Source: an uncultured virus (IMG/VR IMGVR_UViG_3300034198_030405) (Duplodnaviria; Heunggongvirae; Uroviricota; Caudoviricetes). Taken from it: a stretch of DNA of 64,000 nt. Shown here in pieces: positions 1 through 10,118 of this stretch. How positions within the stretch are numbered: position 1 is the stretch's first letter; every line of letters starts with the position of its first letter. Where the stretch lies: IMG/VR virus record IMGVR_UViG_3300034198_030405. The stretch is one strand, 5' to 3'. The notes under the pieces are model-generated. The model was not told the origin of the DNA. It saw nothing but the letters and a program-made list of their open reading frames with translations, and ran no database searches. Both the position numbers and the translations under genes were made by a program.

Positions 1-538
1 ATTCTGTACTCATCTTTGATCCTTTCCTAGATTCATAGAAACAACTCTTGCTACACATTTTTGCATATTTTGTTCTAACCTGTCTGATATGGCAATTAGC
101 ACACATTTTCATTTGACTCATTCTCTCTTTTCGTCTCTTACTGTTAAAAATTTTTAACTTTTCTGAAACCATGTTTTTTGTATCAGTGTTTTTCATTGGA
201 TGAAATTCACTAAATAACTTTCTTGCTCTTTCAAACTGTCTTGAATTTATTTTTCTATTGTCAGTATGATGTATACACATTTTGTTGAATGCAGCTACTA
301 ATTTAGCGCATATATTATATGCAATTTTATGATCTTTATATTGCTTAACATATTCTTTAGCTAGCAAATGATGTAAAATAAAATGCTCTCGCGCTGTTAC
401 ACTGACTATATTATCATCATTATCCTTGCCACCGACACATTTAGGAATAATATGATGCTTCTCATAGTATATATCTTTATTATATTTTCGTGTTTTGCAG
501 CGACCTACTATCTCATGATAAATTTTCGAATATGTCAT
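1..538 (-). CDS. HNH homing endonuclease (runs off the left window edge; not in the ORF track)
   Basis: Hand translation from ATG 538: MTYSKIYHEIVGRCKTRKYNKDIYYEKHHIIPKCVGGKDNDDNIVSVTAREHFILHHLLAKEY. This is the HHIIP..GG.D...N....AREH..H HNH motif, followed later by CANC..CSKSC. The frame is open to position 1. TAAATA lies 5 nt upstream (544-549). Confidence 0.85.
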   Translation of the reverse strand, partial: MTYSKIYHEIVGRCKTRKYNKDIYYEKHHIIPKCVGGKDNDDNIVSVTAREHFILHHLLAKEYVKQYKDHKIAYNICAKLVAAFNKMCIHHTDNRKINSRQFERARKLFSEFHPMKNTDTKNMVSEKLKIFNSKRRKERMSQMKMCANCHIRQVRTKYAKMCSKSCFYESRKGSKMSTE

Positions 539-547
539 ACTCGTATT

Positions 548-626
548 TACTTCAATGTCTACGTCTTCTTACGTATTTTAATTTTTTTCTCTGCTTTATA
601 TTTTGTAGTATCTACTTCAATGTCTA
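548..626. repeat. 14-bp direct repeat TACTTCAATGTCTA (548-561 and 613-626)
   Basis: Exact copies. On the minus strand the copy at 613-626 encodes the IDIEV Exo I motif of the polymerase fragment; the other overlaps its stop codon. Confidence 0.9.
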
Positions 627-960
627 TGAATGCAACACGCACAGGAAATTTTCCAAAATCGCTATCGTTATTATGTTTCCAAAATGCATCAACAAGAAAC
701 TGCTGAACGGGATTGAGGTTTTCAAATAGCCTCTTGGTGCCACAGTCTTTAATAAATTTATTGCGATCAAACTGTGATTTAAATTTACGCGTGCGTAGCT
801 TGGTATTGAAGATGCTAATATCTTTTCCGTTAGCATCTTCAATCATTACGTAGGGAGTATAGTGTGAATCATAAGATACACGCTCACCATTTTCATTCCA
901 TGAATACACCCGCACACACTCTTCTTGTGGAATATAAACTGCATTTCTATAGCCAATCAT
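559..960 (-). CDS. Family B DNA polymerase (gp43-like), N-terminal fragment only
   Basis: Starts YRNAVY..VYSWNENGER..YTPY, has QQFLVDAFW and VAFIDIEV (Exo I), then a basic tail KKIKIRKKT and stop. Lies in the gp46/47/55 gene neighbourhood. Confidence 0.8.
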   Translation of the reverse strand: MIGYRNAVYIPQEECVRVYSWNENGERVSYDSHYTPYVMIEDANGKDISIFNTKLRTRKFKSQFDRNKFIKDCGTKRLFENLNPVQQFLVDAFWKHNNDSDFGKFPVRVAFIDIEVDTTKYKAEKKIKIRKKT

Positions 961-966
961 TCCACA

Positions 967-994
967 ATTATAGCAACTACAAACTTAATATCAA
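967..994 (-). promoter_or_regulatory. Sigma70-like promoter TTGATA-N16-TATAAT, 6 nt before the polymerase ATG
   Basis: -35 at 989-994 and -10 at 967-972. Same geometry as before folE, queD, queE, nrdA and the dpdA-like gene. Confidence 0.6.
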
Positions 995-2208
995 ATGCTA
1001 TTATTAAATTTGTTGAGACATTTGCGATCAGCGCTACCGTATGGTGTTGTAAATAATTCAACATAGCAGTCATGATTTTCATCCTTTTCAAGGAATCTAT
1101 TTTCGCCAATCTTGCGATAATCATATGAATTTTCAAGATATCTATTGGTACGTCTGAGGGTATCTTCAATTTTAAACATCATCTCTTCACCTGTTTCAAA
1201 CTTAATGAGTGCATTTTTATATGTAACCATATCCTGGCATGCAACAGGTAACCCCATGCAGCATGCTTCAATAAACTTGATGTCACTTTTGCATCTGTTG
1301 AAGTTATTATCCTGCAGCGGTGCTATAAGCATCTGCACTTCCAATTCATATATTTTTTTGGGGTAATCATACAATTTTTGCCATGGATGATATTCAATCT
1401 CACCAGATTTAATGTATGGAATAAGCTGCATTGGTGCTGCACCAATGAATATCCACGTATATTTGTGACGGGAATCAATGATGTGTTTAATAACATCTTC
1501 AAAATCATCTTGCTGATTGACTTTATTGTCAACATCAAAATGTGCACCCGATCCTGCATACAAAATACGCGGCTTTTTCTTGTGCTTTAACAGCAAATCA
1601 TAACTGCGCTTAGGATCACTATACCTACCTATCCACCAATCAGGCGGGAAGTTTGGAATTACAGAAATTTCTTTTTTGCCTGTCTTCTGTCTAAAGTAGT
1701 CACGCATATATTCATTTGTAACAGTCACTTCATCACACATGTTTATCATGGTAATGATGTTGTTGCGAATTTCTTCTGATTCAAACGCAAACTTAAATTT
1801 GTTGTAGTCTGGAATATCTTCATGAAACACAACATCATCAATTTCATAAATAATGCGAAATCCGTATTTCTGTCTTAGCTGTGTTAGATATTGCATAAAA
1901 TCTAACTGTGCCTTTGTTGCTTGACGCTGTACTCTTATAGCTTTGAGTGGTGCATAAAATTGCTCGCTTGGATTCATCACCGTTGTTGTAGTAACCATGG
2001 CTTTTTGATTTGCATTCAAAATATGCTCTGGCCAAAACAAACGCCAAAAACCACACCCAGAAGCATCCGCTGCATATTGCAACACACGCGGCAAATCTTC
2101 TTCTGGTGAATGTGGCTGTGATGCAGCTTGCTGCACGGGCAGTATTGGCTGCATTGGCTGTGCAAAAGGCGATTTAAAAGGCTGCCTAAACGGCGATGCA
2201 TTGATCAT
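991..2208 (-). CDS. Glycosyltransferase (GT-B/GT4-like)
   Basis: ADASGCGFWR, YEIDD and APLQDNNFNRCKSDIKFIE motifs, typical of phage glycosyltransferases. Confidence 0.75.
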   Translation of the reverse strand: MINASPFRQPFKSPFAQPMQPILPVQQAASQPHSPEEDLPRVLQYAADASGCGFWRLFWPEHILNANQKAMVTTTTVMNPSEQFYAPLKAIRVQRQATKAQLDFMQYLTQLRQKYGFRIIYEIDDVVFHEDIPDYNKFKFAFESEEIRNNIITMINMCDEVTVTNEYMRDYFRQKTGKKEISVIPNFPPDWWIGRYSDPKRSYDLLLKHKKKPRILYAGSGAHFDVDNKVNQQDDFEDVIKHIIDSRHKYTWIFIGAAPMQLIPYIKSGEIEYHPWQKLYDYPKKIYELEVQMLIAPLQDNNFNRCKSDIKFIEACCMGLPVACQDMVTYKNALIKFETGEEMMFKIEDTLRRTNRYLENSYDYRKIGENRFLEKDENHDCYVELFTTPYGSADRKCLNKFNNSI

Positions 2209-2233
2209 GTTCTTATGTATTCATAGTCAATCA

Positions 2234-4027
2234 TCAATCAACTCGTCTCGTGATACCATTTTCCTTTTCAAGTAAAATTATTTTGCTTGTCGCAAAGAAA
2301 GTACTTTCTTTGCGGTGTGTAATGATGTATGCGCATTCATTGTATGTATTTGCACGCTCAACAATGATGTTATAAACCAGTTCTACGCCTTTATCGTCAA
2401 GACTCGTATCAAGCAATTCATCATAAAACACAACATTGTATGCTACACTTCCCTGCATTCTGCGGATATCGATAAATGCAAACAAACAAGCAAGGTCAAT
2501 GCTTTTACGCTCTGCACCAGAGAAATTAAAATAGCTGCATAATTTGCCCTTGTCGTTAAAGATTTCTTCCTCAAAAAATTCATTGAATCTGCATGTGCAT
2601 TTGAAGCCAATGCGATTGAGATAAAGTTGAAGCTTTGCATTTAAGATGGATAAAATCTTTTTGATGATATAAGATTTGACACCTTCTTCTGAGACAATAA
2701 CTCTTAGGGTGTTTAGGAGATTTACAACATCAAGTTGCTCCTTAACCTTCTTTTCTATTTTTAAAATTTTATCTTGATTGTCAATTATAACATCATCTAC
2801 ATCTGTAACTGCACTTTTTAATGACTCAACGTATGTACCTACAGTGTTAAAATATTCATCAATTACATTTACCTTGCCAACTAATAAATTTTTATTTCTC
2901 TCACTCTGTTCATATGCCTGCAATTTTTGTTTATTTTTAGCAATGAGCTTTTTAATTTCATCCTTTTTGTCACGCACATTGGCGATCTGCTGCTTATCTT
3001 TTGCGAGAGTACTGCTTAGATCATCAATTTGATTTTGTAATTTTGCCTTTTCCTGCTCCAGGTGATTTATATCATTTGCATCAATGGGTTTTAAGCATTT
3101 TGAACAAACATCATCGCTTGTTCCTATTGAATTCTTTTTGATGCTAATATTTTTAATTTGCATTTCATTGACAGCAATTTGTTGAATCAATCCGTCAATG
3201 ATTTCTTGGCATTTATCTACACCTGAATTGAGGCTATTAATTGTATTATTTACCTTGTTGATGTCTACAACTTCAATCAAATTGATTTGCTTTTGTATAA
3301 AATCTCTCTCTGTATTCTTGTTATTAATCGTAGTTTCAATTTCAGTGAGTCTTGCTATTCTGTCAGATAAGATGGACTGTTTTTGATTTTTAAATTTTAT
3401 AAGATTGGTTTGTGTTTCATTGAGTTTAAACAACTCCATGTCATAAAGCTTTTTACAGTCATTATATTCGTCTCTTGCATGTGTAAGCATCTTACTAAAG
3501 ACCTGTAAATTAAAAATGCTTTCAATGAATTTTCTCTTATCTACCTTGTTTTGTGCCATGAACGGAATTGTTCCGTTGAGTGTCATAATTACACAGTTTT
3601 GAAAAATACTTGGCGTAGCTTCAATCAGCTCATTAATATATTGAGTGGTATTTGCCATTGAGTCTCGTGTAACATCATCACCGTCTTTAAATAAAAAACA
3701 TTTGCTTGGATTTAAAGTTCTCACTATCCTATAATCACTGTTTGCATTTGGCGTGTTTACACTAAACTCTAATTCTACAGCACACATTCCATTTGTGATG
3801 CTGTTGCCAATGAAATCCTTTTTAATCTCCCTCATGGTTGTTCCAAAGATGGCAAAATATAGAGCATCAGCAATGGTTGATTTACCAACCCCATTGCGCC
3901 TATCATCCATGTCTTTATTAATACCAGTAATGATATTAATTCCTTCATTAAAATTAATAACAACTGGCTCTCTGCCTACTGATAGAAAGTTACTTATGGA
4001 GAGCTTTTTAAAATCAATATGTTTCAT
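2234..4027 (-). CDS. gp46-like recombination ATPase (SbcC/Rad50)
   Basis: Walker A NGVGKST, coiled coil with CSKC zinc hook, FSGAE signature, YDELLD Walker B. Confidence 0.92.
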   Translation of the reverse strand: MKHIDFKKLSISNFLSVGREPVVINFNEGINIITGINKDMDDRRNGVGKSTIADALYFAIFGTTMREIKKDFIGNSITNGMCAVELEFSVNTPNANSDYRIVRTLNPSKCFLFKDGDDVTRDSMANTTQYINELIEATPSIFQNCVIMTLNGTIPFMAQNKVDKRKFIESIFNLQVFSKMLTHARDEYNDCKKLYDMELFKLNETQTNLIKFKNQKQSILSDRIARLTEIETTINNKNTERDFIQKQINLIEVVDINKVNNTINSLNSGVDKCQEIIDGLIQQIAVNEMQIKNISIKKNSIGTSDDVCSKCLKPIDANDINHLEQEKAKLQNQIDDLSSTLAKDKQQIANVRDKKDEIKKLIAKNKQKLQAYEQSERNKNLLVGKVNVIDEYFNTVGTYVESLKSAVTDVDDVIIDNQDKILKIEKKVKEQLDVVNLLNTLRVIVSEEGVKSYIIKKILSILNAKLQLYLNRIGFKCTCRFNEFFEEEIFNDKGKLCSYFNFSGAERKSIDLACLFAFIDIRRMQGSVAYNVVFYDELLDTSLDDKGVELVYNIIVERANTYNECAYIITHRKESTFFATSKIILLEKENGITRRVD

Positions 4028-5073
4028 TGTAATTTGCGATAGAGATCAATTGCATATTTTTGCAAATCGACTTTGTTAGGATAATTCATCAATTCAATAA
4101 ATTCAATGATTGCTTGTTCAGTATCAATGCCTTCAAAGGAATAATCTATGCCATTAATGTTGCTGCTATCATTCTTGTTTGATTCAGTCTCAAAGGTGAT
4201 TTGCAGTGGCTTAAAACTATGCATCTTGCTCTTAATAATTTCAATGTCATCACTGCTTAACAATTCATCAATGATGAATGTAATGATGTTATTTTTTATC
4301 TTGCTATGCAGTTCTTCAATGCATATGTCTTGCAATGCAATGCTGGAAAGTTTCACTTTGTATATTTTGGGTGAAATGGTGTTGTTGATGAATTCATACT
4401 CCTTGGTATCTCCATCAAAAATATAATATCCTTTGTCATTGTCAGCATCATTAAGATCCATTTGAAATGGATTACCCACATATACTATTTTACCAATTTC
4501 AAAAACTCTCTCATCTCTAAAGTGAAAATGACCTGAAAAAACGAGCGGCGATTTTTCGAGCAACTGTCTGATGCTTATGCCGTGGTCACACAATTTAAAT
4601 GTATTCATTTTGAACGTTTGAATTTCAAAATGACCAAACACAACATCGCATGCTGCAATTTGCTCAATGTCTGTGCCCCATGGGCATAAAAATGCTTCAC
4701 AGTTGTCTCCAATCCTTGCATGTGTCGGCTTGTCATATACGAACACATTGCTACGACCTTGCATAATGCTCAAAGAATTTATATCACTCTTTTCCTTATA
4801 GAAGCAATCATGATTGCCTGGAAACATATGCAAGTTAAAGTCTGATAATGCACTTAAAATTCTACAAGCTACATGAATAGTATTGACTGCAACAGCATCT
4901 CTTTCATGAAAAAAATCTCCACAAAATATTATATCTGTTATGCACCTATTTTTAAGATCATTCGCAAACCACTGCACCCATTCAAGTGATATATCATGCC
5001 ATGCAGCACCATTGCAATGTACACCAACATGCAGGTCACTGAAAATCGCTATCTTGTTCGTAGTCTGAATCAT
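4024..5073 (-). CDS. gp47-like recombination nuclease (SbcD/Mre11)
   Basis: SDLH, GDFF, GNHD and SGHFH metallophosphoesterase motifs; adjacent to gp46. Confidence 0.92.
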   Translation of the reverse strand: MIQTTNKIAIFSDLHVGVHCNGAAWHDISLEWVQWFANDLKNRCITDIIFCGDFFHERDAVAVNTIHVACRILSALSDFNLHMFPGNHDCFYKEKSDINSLSIMQGRSNVFVYDKPTHARIGDNCEAFLCPWGTDIEQIAACDVVFGHFEIQTFKMNTFKLCDHGISIRQLLEKSPLVFSGHFHFRDERVFEIGKIVYVGNPFQMDLNDADNDKGYYIFDGDTKEYEFINNTISPKIYKVKLSSIALQDICIEELHSKIKNNIITFIIDELLSSDDIEIIKSKMHSFKPLQITFETESNKNDSSNINGIDYSFEGIDTEQAIIEFIELMNYPNKVDLQKYAIDLYRKLQ

Positions 5074-5518
5074 CTGAAGATGGCTTGGTGTATATGTGAT
5101 ATTTTTCGTCGTGAACCATGCCTGTGGTTAGCAACTTCTCATATTCATTTGCTTTGTATTGTTCAAGTGCTTCGTGGTGCTTTTTTTCCTTTTTAATGCG
5201 GTTAATGAATGCATGAAAAGCAATGGTTGTAAAATACGAGAACGGATTTGTTTCTGTATTAGTATTGTATTTTTTGTGCTTGAGAGCACTATACATTTTT
5301 ACCAATGCATCTCCGATCATTTCATCTCTATATGTATAATTGATGAAGCTGGGTGAAAAGCTTAGCCCATGAGCAATTTTATTTAAATTATCCCCTAATT
5401 CAGCAACACAAAATTCTGTTTTGTAAAACTCTATGATTTGCTGCTTAAACACTTCAGGATTAACGTAAAATTGTTCTTTGCTGAACTTGGTTGTTGGTTT
5501 TTTTACTTGCACTGACAT
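5036..5518 (-). CDS. gp55-like late-transcription sigma factor
   Basis: FYVN, FINYTYRDEMIGDA, NPFSYFTTIAFHAFINRIKKEKK. Confidence 0.92.
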   Translation of the reverse strand: MSVQVKKPTTKFSKEQFYVNPEVFKQQIIEFYKTEFCVAELGDNLNKIAHGLSFSPSFINYTYRDEMIGDALVKMYSALKHKKYNTNTETNPFSYFTTIAFHAFINRIKKEKKHHEALEQYKANEYEKLLTTGMVHDEKYHIYTKPSSDDSDYEQDSDFQ

Positions 5519-5542
5519 AATTTTTAATCTATATTGGGGTTG

Positions 5543-6985
5543 TTATTTCTCTACAAAGCAATTGACTGATAAGTCAATTTTTTCCGATTTATATATTTGT
5601 GTTCTCACAGCAGCATGATTAGAACCATATTTTAAATTGTCTTGAACATCAATAATGATGAGTTTATTTTTTGTTTCGTGTAATCTTAAGCCACGGCCTA
5701 TGCTCTGCACCACACGTACAAAACTTTTACCACCAGCAGCAAATAAAATCATATGAATATTGTTAATACTAATGCCTGTGGAAAAAATCTTGCTCATGGC
5801 TATCACAATCATATCATTGTGTTGTTCCATGAGATCTTTAACTTGCTCTCTATCATCCATATCTACACCACCATGAATGTATTTGACTTGCTTGTTGGGG
5901 CATTGTTGTAGCTTTTCGAATAACACAGCGCCATGATCCAGATGATTAATGAGAATTAATACATTATTGTTAAAGTTACAGCATAACTGTTTAATTATGC
6001 TGTTTCTATATTCATTATGATGCAAAAATTCCAATTCCGCTCTATATTTTGCTGTAGATAGGTTTTTATCACGCTTATCTATCTGCTGGGGCGTACTTTT
6101 GTATGTGATGTTTAGTATTTTTACCTCAACTTCTGCAAGATATCCACCTGCGCGCAACTCTGCACTTGATTTAATAATCAATATTTCACCAAACAGTCCC
6201 ATGACATTCCATTTGTCAGTTGCGGCTGCTGGCATAGTACCAGTCATTCCAAAGCGATTGCTTGTTTCAATCTTGCTGATAATTTTATTAATCTTATTAT
6301 CCTTCTTGATGGTATGAACTTCATCTACAATGAGTACATCTACTTTGTAAAGCCATTTGTTATTATCAGCACGGGTAAGCAGAATACGCTGACTTGCAAT
6401 AATTACATCTGCAGTTTCATCTAAGTCGTGCTCACCTGTCCACAAGTTTACTTTAAACGGCACCTGATATTTTTGAAAATCATTGTATGTCTGCATTGCA
6501 AGACCAGGATCCGGTACAACGATTAAACATTTGAAGGGCTTGCATGGTGTTTTTATACTTGCTGCTAAACATGCCATAATAAGCGTTTTACCAGCTCCTG
6601 TTGCAAGTAGACAAATGCCTCTGCCTTGTTTAAGTGCTCTTGAGATGCCTTCGTATTGGTAGCTTCTCAGTTCAAATGCCAGTGAATTGTATACCTGTGC
6701 ATCAATGGTAGGCTTATAAAGCTTTTTGAATGCATCAGTCATTTCAACTTTAGATGCAAGCTGCTTGCAGGCTATAATGCGCAAGATTTCACCGGCAAGC
6801 CCTATTTCAAATTTACCAGTAGGTGCAATTGCATATATGCGGCTGGGTATAAAATTTTTTTTCCTGCCCTTAACAAAGTTTTTTGCAGCATTTTCAATGC
6901 TAAATTCAAATCTTATTTGTTCTAGCACTTCATCTGTTGTAATGATATAAGCATCATCATTAACAATATCAAACTTGATGTTCAT
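5543..6985 (-). CDS. uvsW: UvsW-like SF2 helicase
   Basis: LRSYQ, ATGAGKT, DEVH, GMTGT, QSIGRGLR. Confidence 0.88.
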   Translation of the reverse strand: MNIKFDIVNDDAYIITTDEVLEQIRFEFSIENAAKNFVKGRKKNFIPSRIYAIAPTGKFEIGLAGEILRIIACKQLASKVEMTDAFKKLYKPTIDAQVYNSLAFELRSYQYEGISRALKQGRGICLLATGAGKTLIMACLAASIKTPCKPFKCLIVVPDPGLAMQTYNDFQKYQVPFKVNLWTGEHDLDETADVIIASQRILLTRADNNKWLYKVDVLIVDEVHTIKKDNKINKIISKIETSNRFGMTGTMPAAATDKWNVMGLFGEILIIKSSAELRAGGYLAEVEVKILNITYKSTPQQIDKRDKNLSTAKYRAELEFLHHNEYRNSIIKQLCCNFNNNVLILINHLDHGAVLFEKLQQCPNKQVKYIHGGVDMDDREQVKDLMEQHNDMIVIAMSKIFSTGISINNIHMILFAAGGKSFVRVVQSIGRGLRLHETKNKLIIIDVQDNLKYGSNHAAVRTQIYKSEKIDLSVNCFVEK

Positions 6986-7007
6986 TCAAAAAATTACATA
7001 CTTAAAC

Positions 7008-7406
7008 TCATGTCTGCTCGAGTTTAAGTATGTCAATGACGTTTTTAACGTCATAGGTTGCAGAGAAGAAATTTCTCTGCACCTGTTCAAGAAATTCTAC
7101 AATATTTTTATTGTCAGTAATGTCTTCATTGATTTTTTGAATGGATTCGCTTTGCTCTGCAGCTTTATTAATGTTTTTTGCTTCAATTTTTACCGGAGCC
7201 TCACTGATGATCTTTTGAGATACCTCTTTTAATATCTGCTGCTTTTGTTTCTCAAGAGAAGTTATTTTGATTTTATGTTCAATGAGTCGCGCAGCCCAGA
7301 AATGCCTGCGTACAGGTAGCTTTCTTGCCACATCAGCAATATTAATTTGATTTATCTCTAAATCAGCTTTGATTTGCTCAATGTATCTTGAGAGCAGCTC
7401 GTTCAT
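7008..7406 (-). CDS. UvsY-like recombination mediator
   Basis: 132-aa helical protein next to uvsW; starts IKADLEI and ends YDVKNVIDILKLE. Confidence 0.6.
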   Translation of the reverse strand: MNELLSRYIEQIKADLEINQINIADVARKLPVRRHFWAARLIEHKIKITSLEKQKQQILKEVSQKIISEAPVKIEAKNINKAAEQSESIQKINEDITDNKNIVEFLEQVQRNFFSATYDVKNVIDILKLEQT

Positions 7407-7434
7407 TGGAGTAAATATATAATATCACATACAA

Positions 7435-7680
7435 ATGTCAACTATATTTAAACAAGTCTTTGACCGCATTTTAGCAGAAGATATGACGTCTGGTGCCTTT
7501 GGTGCTGACTCACAGTATTATGATAACATGGGTATGTCAAATGCTGATCATCCGCAGTCAAATGATGCACGCATGCCAAAAATTTTAGGTGCAAAGAAAA
7601 AAATTAATCGACGAACTGCACCAGAAACGGTGTTTTTAACAGGTAAAATAACTAAAAGTGCCAAAAGCAAAAAGAAGTGA
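7435..7680 (+). CDS. Hypothetical protein
   Basis: ORF with a FKQVFDRILAED N-terminus and a DARMPKILG motif. Confidence 0.6.
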   Translation: MSTIFKQVFDRILAEDMTSGAFGADSQYYDNMGMSNADHPQSNDARMPKILGAKKKINRRTAPETVFLTGKITKSAKSKKK

Positions 7681-7719
7681 GTTGCATTATTTTATGCTAA
7701 CGACTAACTAATTGCATAG

Positions 7720-8136
7720 ATGATAGAAGAAAGTGAGGATCTAGGACATTGGGTATGTAATATACAGATTCCTGCTGATTTTTACGGATTTATCTATTGT
7801 ATAACTAATAATATATCGAAAAGACAATACATTGGAAAAAAACAGTGTATAATTAAACGCAAAAAGCCACTCAGAAAAAATAAAAAAAAGAGAGAAATTG
7901 TAACAAAGCAGTCAGACTGGAAGACATATACAGGAAGCTGTAATGATTTAAATGCTGATATTACAACACACGGCAAAGATAATTTTTCATTTGTAATTAT
8001 TAAGTTCTGCAATAGCAAATGGGAGCTTGGGTACTTTGAAATTGAAGAACAAATTAACAGACATGTATTGTTAAAAAAAGAATATTATAACGGGATTATC
8101 AACTGCAGGCTCGGTAAATTAAAAGAGTATAGATGA
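7720..8136 (+). CDS. GIY-YIG endonuclease
   Basis: YGFIYCITN...QYIGKK, DWKTYTGS, YYNGII. Confidence 0.85.
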   Translation: MIEESEDLGHWVCNIQIPADFYGFIYCITNNISKRQYIGKKQCIIKRKKPLRKNKKKREIVTKQSDWKTYTGSCNDLNADITTHGKDNFSFVIIKFCNSKWELGYFEIEEQINRHVLLKKEYYNGIINCRLGKLKEYR

Positions 8137-8651
8137 TTCATGAGTATCCACTGTTCAATGTAACATTATGCGATTTTTGCACACTACTGCAACATGCTTT
8201 AGTAGAATACAGCAAAATAACATATGAATATCACATTGACAAGTTTGACACCAATGCTAAGCGTGTTCTAACCCATTGCATAATCAAACACTGTTGTGAT
8301 GTTGTGATGGGTATAACACATGGCAAAGTAGTCTTCTATTACAGTGACAAGTGTATGCAGGTGCAAGGTGATGAAGATGGTAAAATTAAAGAGTTCATAC
8401 ACAAGCTCATTAAAGAAACTACAAAGAAGTTGCCTCTTACATGGTATTGCAGCAGCAAACCCATCACATACTATCAAGAGTTGATAACCAATCATCATGG
8501 AATGTCTTTTTTGATGCAAATTAGTAATGATGACAAGCAAAACTATAAATTTGAAAAATCAAAAAAGTTCATTAATAAATATAAATTGTCTTTTCTCAAC
8601 GATAATTACTTCAATTGTTTGAAAACAAGATGCATGTTACTAAATACTTAA
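8133..8651 (+). CDS. Hypothetical protein
   Basis: ORF overlapping the preceding stop (ATGA coupling). Confidence 0.6.
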   Translation: MIHEYPLFNVTLCDFCTLLQHALVEYSKITYEYHIDKFDTNAKRVLTHCIIKHCCDVVMGITHGKVVFYYSDKCMQVQGDEDGKIKEFIHKLIKETTKKLPLTWYCSSKPITYYQELITNHHGMSFLMQISNDDKQNYKFEKSKKFINKYKLSFLNDNYFNCLKTRCMLLNT

Positions 8652-8652
8652 A

Positions 8653-9057
8653 ATGGATAGCATTTTTGATAGAGTAATTAGAGAAGCCCGCATTACATAC
8701 CTCACAGAACAGGGTGAAGGTGGTGAAGTGCAGCAACAAGGCCAGCAGCCTGATGCAGCAATGCCTCAGCAGCCCGCAGCTGCTGCACCACCACAGAATG
8801 GTAAAACCGTTGAACAGATTCAGGGTGGGTATGATATATTCCGTACCATTGTTATTAATTTACTACGCATTATTAGTCAAACAGCAGGCGCAGTTGAAAG
8901 CGGTGATAGTGAAAGGTTGCAAGCAGTCAAAACAAGCATACCAAAAGACATTGAAAAGCAAATTCAAATTGCTATTCAGCAACTAACTACAGCTGAGCCA
9001 GCTCAAGTTGAGCAAAACGTTAGTGCTATCATCAAGAATATGTCTACATCTGCTTAA
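8653..9057 (+). CDS. Hypothetical protein (Q/P/A-rich)
   Basis: TAAATA 6 nt upstream. Confidence 0.6.
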   Translation: MDSIFDRVIREARITYLTEQGEGGEVQQQGQQPDAAMPQQPAAAAPPQNGKTVEQIQGGYDIFRTIVINLLRIISQTAGAVESGDSERLQAVKTSIPKDIEKQIQIAIQQLTTAEPAQVEQNVSAIIKNMSTSA

Positions 9058-9060
9058 TGC

Positions 9061-10110
9061 ATGCTAAAACTAGCTGTAACAAGTGATTGTGGTGGTGATG
9101 TAGTGCAAGATTTTCAGATTGATGACTGTCTATGGAGTGAAGTAATTATTCATTACATAAATTTGCAGCAAAATCACAAGCAAATTGGCAAATGCTTTAA
9201 AATAATTAATGAAAATTTACACAAACGTAGCAGCAATGTTGCATTGACCGGCAGGGTAATTGATAGACTTACAGAGCTAAACAAACTATTTGGTTATTTT
9301 TGTGATGTTGCCAAAGAATGTGTAATGCAAATGTTAGAAACCATCACAAAAGATGAAGCTGCACCATTATTTTTAGAATTTTTAAAGCAAAATGCATTTA
9401 AAAAATGCAACGTTGTTGAATTTTTAAACAACTTCTATAAAGCTGATTTTACTGCCAGTGAATATACAGCAGAGGTGTGGACAAAAATGAGACCCATTTC
9501 AGATGAAGGAAAAACACGCGGCTATTCAGGTCCATCAGAATTGCCATTGCTGCTGCTAACAGGAGGGTACAAAGCCTGTAAAGGCGACATAGTTGTGTGC
9601 AATAATTTGATTGAAATAAAAGGCGAAGGTGGGCGAATTGGCGAGACAAGCAAGTGGATAAGTAACAAAGTAAAAATTGATAAGTTTATTAATCAGTTTG
9701 CAAAAGAAAGAATTGAAACAAATGAATTGCAAACTGAATTTACATTTGATAATAATGCTTCAATTGTTCGGTTAAATTATGACTTCTCTATGCTACCATG
9801 CAGTATATCTCATCTAGCACGTGCAGCATATGCCGATAATCTAATTAAATGCAAAGAAGATGCGATGTTTGTTTTGGGCGCTATACAATTGTTAGAATAC
9901 ATCACCCGCAAACATGATGACTGGTTTGTTCTCTTTAAGCATCCCGGCAAAAAGACAGTGCCATTTGGCACTGCTTTTGTTTTAGAGTCAGCTAGCATCA
10001 AGTATGATATGCAAAATTGTTTAAATCTTTGCAAAATTCTGCGCAAGTGCAATGTAACTTTCTCGCCGTGTTATGATTCAGGTGGGTACAAAATCAAATT
10101 TGCAAAATAA
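9061..10110 (+). CDS. Hypothetical protein, possible PD-(D/E)XK nuclease
   Basis: GPSE...KGDIVVCNNLIEIKG resembles the E..D..ExK catalytic pattern. Confidence 0.45.
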   Translation: MLKLAVTSDCGGDVVQDFQIDDCLWSEVIIHYINLQQNHKQIGKCFKIINENLHKRSSNVALTGRVIDRLTELNKLFGYFCDVAKECVMQMLETITKDEAAPLFLEFLKQNAFKKCNVVEFLNNFYKADFTASEYTAEVWTKMRPISDEGKTRGYSGPSELPLLLLTGGYKACKGDIVVCNNLIEIKGEGGRIGETSKWISNKVKIDKFINQFAKERIETNELQTEFTFDNNASIVRLNYDFSMLPCSISHLARAAYADNLIKCKEDAMFVLGAIQLLEYITRKHDDWFVLFKHPGKKTVPFGTAFVLESASIKYDMQNCLNLCKILRKCNVTFSPCYDSGGYKIKFAK

Positions 10111-10118
10111 ATAAACAA

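Noticed and set aside
550..561. TAG read-through or stop-codon reassignment to rescue the polymerase
   Set aside because: The frame hits TAA after three more sense codons. TAA, TAG and TGA all end intact genes elsewhere, so the standard code fits.
383..729. Hydrophobic plus-strand ORFs
   Set aside because: Antisense to the HNH and polymerase genes; they reflect AT richness.
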